Source of the DNA: an uncultured Eubacteriales bacterium
GTDB taxonomy: Bacteria > Bacillota > Clostridia > Christensenellales > CAG-138
Assembly: GCA_902802575.1 (NCBI GenBank)
Contig: CADCMN010000014.1
Span: 3,793-67,792, forward strand
DNA: 64,000 nt
Direction of reading: 5' to 3'
A program made the translations under genes and the position numbers. Below are positions 60,737 to 64,000 of the stretch, piece after piece. Position 1 is the first letter of the stretch. Each line of letters starts with the position of its first letter. Below the pieces are notes generated by a model, which saw nothing but the letters and a program-made list of their open reading frames with translations, did not search any database and had not been told where the DNA came from.

Positions 60737-61810
60737 TTAGGCTGCAGGCGCCAGTTCCATCGCTGCCAGGCTCTCCACCACGAAATCGTACAGCATCTGC
60801 ACGCCTTCCGCCAGGCTGGGGCCGGGACGGGTCAGCTCATCGTTGGTAAGATTCAGGATGTTTTTCTCCTTGACAGCGGTCACGTTCTCCCAGCCGGCCC
60901 GGGACATGATCTCCGCTTCGGGCGTAGGCCCTTCTCCAAAGTACATGGTCGTGGTCACGATAAAATCGGGATTCCGCTCGATGACTTGCTCCTCGGAGAT
61001 CTCCGCCCAGCCTTGCACGTCGGCGAAGCAGTTCTTCAGCCCCATCATCTCGGCCACCTCGTTCATAAAGGTGCCGGCGCCCGCTGTCCAAAGACCCCAC
61101 TGCAAGGGACTGATCTCAAAATAAACGGTCTTCTCCCCTTGGATGGGATGGGCCTTGATCTCGTCAAAAACAGCCTGCATCTTGGCGATGATCGCTTTTA
61201 CCTCCGCTTGCTTGCCCATGACATCGCCGATCAGCGTGATGGAGGTGTAGATGCCCTCGATGTTCTGAGCGTCGCTGACCACCACCCGGATGCCGGCCTT
61301 CTCCAACTGTTCCACCTGTTCCTTGGTCTGAGCCATGGTGGCCATGAACAGCACGTCGGGCTGCAGGGCGATGATCTGCTCAATGTTGGTCTCATATCCG
61401 GATTGCACCGAAGGGATTTCCGTGGCTTCCAAGGGATACTTGCAGTATTCACCGCGCCCCACCAGGGTTTCCTCGGCGCCAAGGGCAAAGATGATCTCGC
61501 AGTCGGCCGCGGAAAGGGCCACCGCTCTTTCCACGGGTTTATCGAAGGTGATCTCCCGGCCGGTCATGTCGGTGACGGTGAAGGAGACATCCGCAGGTTC
61601 CTCCGTGGGCGCAGGCGCAACGGCTGTGGCGGAAGGCGCTTCCGTGGCCGTTTGAGCGGCGGGCGCAGGCGCTTCCGTGGCCGTTTGAGCGGCGGGCGCA
61701 GGCGCTTCCGTGGCCGTTTGGGCAACAGGTGTTTCCGTCTTCTTGCTGCAGCCGAAGGACAAAAGCAGCAGGGCGGCGAGCAGGATCGCCAGTGTCTTTT
61801 TGGTTTTCAT
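60737..61810 (-). CDS. btuF: Cobamide ABC transporter substrate-binding lipoprotein
   Basis: Lipobox LSFGC, TVTDMTGR, EQIIALQPD, NPDFI, RPGP. Directly downstream of the B12 riboswitch. Confidence 0.87.
   Translation of the reverse strand: MKTKKTLAILLAALLLLSFGCSKKTETPVAQTATEAPAPAAQTATEAPAPAAQTATEAPSATAVAPAPTEEPADVSFTVTDMTGREITFDKPVERAVALSAADCEIIFALGAEETLVGRGEYCKYPLEATEIPSVQSGYETNIEQIIALQPDVLFMATMAQTKEQVEQLEKAGIRVVVSDAQNIEGIYTSITLIGDVMGKQAEVKAIIAKMQAVFDEIKAHPIQGEKTVYFEISPLQWGLWTAGAGTFMNEVAEMMGLKNCFADVQGWAEISEEQVIERNPDFIVTTTMYFGEGPTPEAEIMSRAGWENVTAVKEKNILNLTNDELTRPGPSLAEGVQMLYDFVVESLAAMELAPAA
61634..61723. repeat. 33-bp tandem repeat (about 2.7 copies) encoding the AQTATEAPAPA linker of BtuF
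   Basis: AGGCGCTTCCGTGGCCGTTTGAGCGGCGGGCGC units start at 61634, 61667 and 61700. Confidence 0.93.
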
Positions 61811-61853
61811 CGTTTCTTCCCCTTTCTGATCTGGTTGAATAGGATGGGAGCTG

Positions 61854-61879
61854 AAAAAAGCTCCCCAGAATTGAGGAGC
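61854..61879 (-). terminator. Riboswitch expression-platform terminator
   Basis: Minus strand GCTCCTCA-ATTC-TGGGGAGC-TTTTTT between the aptamer and btuF. Confidence 0.8.
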
Positions 61880-61932
61880 GGCATGGATTTCGGGCGCAAC
61901 GGTCCGACGGTTCACTCAATCCCAGAAGTTTT

Positions 61933-62108
61933 ACATGTTCCGACAGGTCTCCCGGCTTGGCTTCTCCCTACTCAAGCCCCTTCCCATTCCCCAAGGAACA
62001 GTGGGTCATCGCTCTTTCGTCCGCCTTACGGTTACTGGGATAGCCCGGGTTTTTCACCCGGTTCCCTCAGCCCAAGGGCCGCTGCTCATCACAGATCAGA
62101 ACACGCTA
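61933..62108 (-). ncRNA. Cobalamin (AdoCbl) riboswitch
   Basis: Minus strand AGGGAA-CCGGGTGAAAA-CCCGG, CCCAG.AACCGTAA, CCACTG...GGGAAGG, B12 box AAGCCGGGAGACCTGTC. P1 GTGTTCTGA/TCGGAACAT. Confidence 0.93.
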
Positions 62109-62121
62109 TTCAACTGGCTAT

Positions 62122-62150
62122 AGTATATCCTCGTCCCCCTGTTTCGTCAA
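62122..62150 (-). promoter_or_regulatory. Sigma-A promoter of the riboswitch-btu-cob operon
   Basis: TTGACG-17bp-TATACT. Confidence 0.75.
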
Positions 62151-62217
62151 GATGCCCCTTGTCTGCGCCGGAAGGGTATGCTATGCTTATCGCAGTACGA
62201 TAAGGAGATTTTTTCAT

Positions 62218-62604
62218 ATGGCTATCAACTTCAATGCCAATTCCGTTTGGAATTTGAAACCCATTTCCGTGGAGAGCATCCGCGGTGAAGTGAACGGGCT
62301 GCTCATCGCCGGGGAAGCGCCGGTCATGGCCTTTCAGACCATTCGGGATCAGCTGATCTTCACCAACAAGCGCATCATCGCCATCGACGTTCAGGGCATC
62401 ACCGGCAAGCGCAAATCCTATGCCTCCATGCCCTATGCCAAGATCCAGTTCTTTTCCATCCAGACGGCGGGCTTCCTGGAGCTGATCCCCGACTCGGAGC
62501 TGTTCTTGATGTTCACCAACGGCTTTACAGCCAAGTTTGAGTTCAAGGGCAACGTGGATATTGGCCGCATCGGGCGGATGATTTCGGAGTACGTTTTGGC
62601 CTGA
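62218..62604 (+). CDS. Bacterial PH-domain protein (bPH_1/DUF1696, YvbH-like)
   Basis: IRDQLIFTNKRIIAIDVQGITGKRK.Y.S.PY.KI..FS.QTAG...DSEL. AAGGAG RBS. Confidence 0.87.
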   Translation: MAINFNANSVWNLKPISVESIRGEVNGLLIAGEAPVMAFQTIRDQLIFTNKRIIAIDVQGITGKRKSYASMPYAKIQFFSIQTAGFLELIPDSELFLMFTNGFTAKFEFKGNVDIGRIGRMISEYVLA

Positions 62605-62607
62605 ACC

Positions 62608-63009
62608 ATGATGATCCGGGACTATACCGCATACGACGAGCGGGAGATCCTGCCCCTCTATGCGAGCGTGGGCTGGACCGCCTATACAGACCGGCCCGAT
62701 GTGCTGCAAAAAGGCTTTGAGAACTCCCTGCTGTGTTTGGCTGCCTATGAGGGCGACAGGATGATCGGCCTCGTTCGGGCCGTGGGCGACGGGCAGACCG
62801 TGGTGCTCATACAGGACATTTTGGTGCATCCGGCCTATCAGCGCCGGGGCGTGGGGACCAAGCTCGCGGATGCCCTCCTGAAGCGGTTCCCGAATGTGCG
62901 GCAGATTCATCTGCTCACCGACGACACGCCCAAGACGGTATCGTTCTATGAATCCCTTGGGTTCAAGTCGGTGGATGCGATGGGGTGCAGGAGCTTTATG
63001 CGGTGCTGA
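62608..63009 (+). CDS. GNAT family N-acetyltransferase
   Basis: LYASVGW, R.VGDG, ILVHPAYQRRGVG, FYESLGF. Confidence 0.9.
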   Translation: MMIRDYTAYDEREILPLYASVGWTAYTDRPDVLQKGFENSLLCLAAYEGDRMIGLVRAVGDGQTVVLIQDILVHPAYQRRGVGTKLADALLKRFPNVRQIHLLTDDTPKTVSFYESLGFKSVDAMGCRSFMRC

Positions 63010-63028
63010 TCGCACCGCCAAATACCGT

Positions 63029-63060
63029 AAAAAAACTGCCGCCTGCGCGACAGTTTTTTT
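63029..63060. terminator. Bidirectional terminator
   Basis: AAAAAAACTG...CAGTTTTTTT between convergent genes. Confidence 0.7.
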
Positions 63061-63070
63061 CGTAGATCCA

Positions 63071-63619
63071 TTATTTCAGTTCGCTGAGCATCCGCCGATG
63101 GGCTTCGGCCAGGTCGTGATAGTGCATGGCCTGCTCCCTGCGCTGACCGAGGGACGCTTCCGGCAGGGTCTTGACCACCTTCGCCGGGCTTCCCAGCGCC
63201 ACGGAAAAGGGCGGGATCACGGTGTTCTTGGTCACCAACGCCCCTGCGCCTACCACGGCGCCCTTGCCGATGACGGCGCCGTCCATGATGATGGCGCCCA
63301 TGCCGATGAGAGCATAGTCCTCCACCCGGCAGGCGTGGAGGATGACGCCGTGGCCGACGGTCACGTAGTCCCCCACCACCGTGGGCAAGCCTCCGTCGAG
63401 GCCGCTGCCCCGGCCGGAATCCTCGTGGATGATGGTCCCATCCTGGATGCTGGTGTACTGGCCGATGACGACGTCATGGACGTCGCCCCGTATCACCGCG
63501 TTGTACCACACGGAGGACCCCGCACCGATCTTCACCCGGCCCACGACCATAGCGCCGGGACAAAGCAGCACGTCCTGTTCGATCTCAGGCATGACGCCCT
63601 CATAGGGATAGACCGGCAT
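63071..63619 (-). CDS. Gamma carbonic anhydrase family (YrdA/PaaY-like) protein
   Basis: SSVWYNAVIRGD, IQDG.IIH, VTVGHGVILHAC, LIGMGA, GSPAK hexapeptide repeats. Confidence 0.92.
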   Translation of the reverse strand: MPVYPYEGVMPEIEQDVLLCPGAMVVGRVKIGAGSSVWYNAVIRGDVHDVVIGQYTSIQDGTIIHEDSGRGSGLDGGLPTVVGDYVTVGHGVILHACRVEDYALIGMGAIIMDGAVIGKGAVVGAGALVTKNTVIPPFSVALGSPAKVVKTLPEASLGQRREQAMHYHDLAEAHRRMLSELK

Positions 63620-63637
63620 AAGCACTCCTTTTCGTCC

Positions 63638-64000
63638 TTACTTGAAGATGTTCCGGATGCCGCCCTTCTTCTTGGAGGGCGTGGTGGCTTCGCCGCTGAG
63701 GGCCGCGTACTGCTGCAGCAGGGCTCTCTGCTCCTCCGAAAGCCGCCGCGGGATATCCGACTCCACCGTCACCAGCAGATCGCCCTTGCCTTGGGAACTG
63801 GCGTTGGGGATGGGCACGCCCTGCTCCTTCAGCCGGAAGGTGGTGCCGTTCTGGGTCCCGGAGGGGATGGTGTAGCGCACCTTCTCCTTCAGAGTGGGCA
63901 CGGTGATCTCACCGCCCAGGGCCATGGTGGTGAAGGGCACCTTCAGATTCAGCAGCAGATTGCAGCCGTCCCGGGTGAAGAGCTTATGGGGCTTCACGGT
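63638..64000 (-). CDS. dnaJ: Molecular chaperone DnaJ, C-terminal part (runs off the window)
   Basis: F.RDG.NL, ALGGEITVPTL, IPSGTQNG..FRLK..GVP, GDLLV. Confidence 0.88.
   Translation of the reverse strand, partial: TVKPHKLFTRDGCNLLLNLKVPFTTMALGGEITVPTLKEKVRYTIPSGTQNGTTFRLKEQGVPIPNASSQGKGDLLVTVESDIPRRLSEEQRALLQQYAALSGEATTPSKKKGGIRNIFK

Overview
GC-rich core chromosome of a spore-forming Clostridia-class Firmicute (inferred from ylbJ, an alpha/beta-type SASP and gene order). From left to right: ylbJ-like gene, guaB and tRNA-Ala(CGC); DUF4364-pcrA-ligA-AIR-synthase-like; the conserved yicC-gmk-rpoZ-priA...def-fmt-rsmB-rlmN-stp-prkC-rsgA-rpe cluster, interrupted by a heterodimeric ABC exporter and an XRE-LiaF-like regulator; a DUF523-RR-HK-htrA-mutS2 operon; ssp; yebC-yloU-fakA-recG; xth-maf-uvrC-trpS; a WG-repeat lipoprotein, an EF-G2 paralog, ahcY and ctpA; a cobalamin-riboswitch-controlled cobamide uptake/remodelling operon (btuFCD-cobT-cobU-cobS-short cobU-cobC-CbiR-like TIM barrel); and the dnaJ 3' end. 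No integrase, transposase, CRISPR or prophage is visible. Most unusual signals: (1) two tandem miniature hairpin elements with compensatory base changes right after tRNA-Ala, each ending in a copy of the tRNA T-loop/3' end; (2) a 742-bp integrase-free GNAT islet bounded by a 60-bp duplication of the trpS 3' end. At both sites a GNAT gene takes its stop codon from the duplicated target sequence. Other oddities are a catalytically degenerate NagB, an EF-G2 with deviant GTPase motifs, two predicted leaderless genes, and several small indels that may be real or assembly artefacts.
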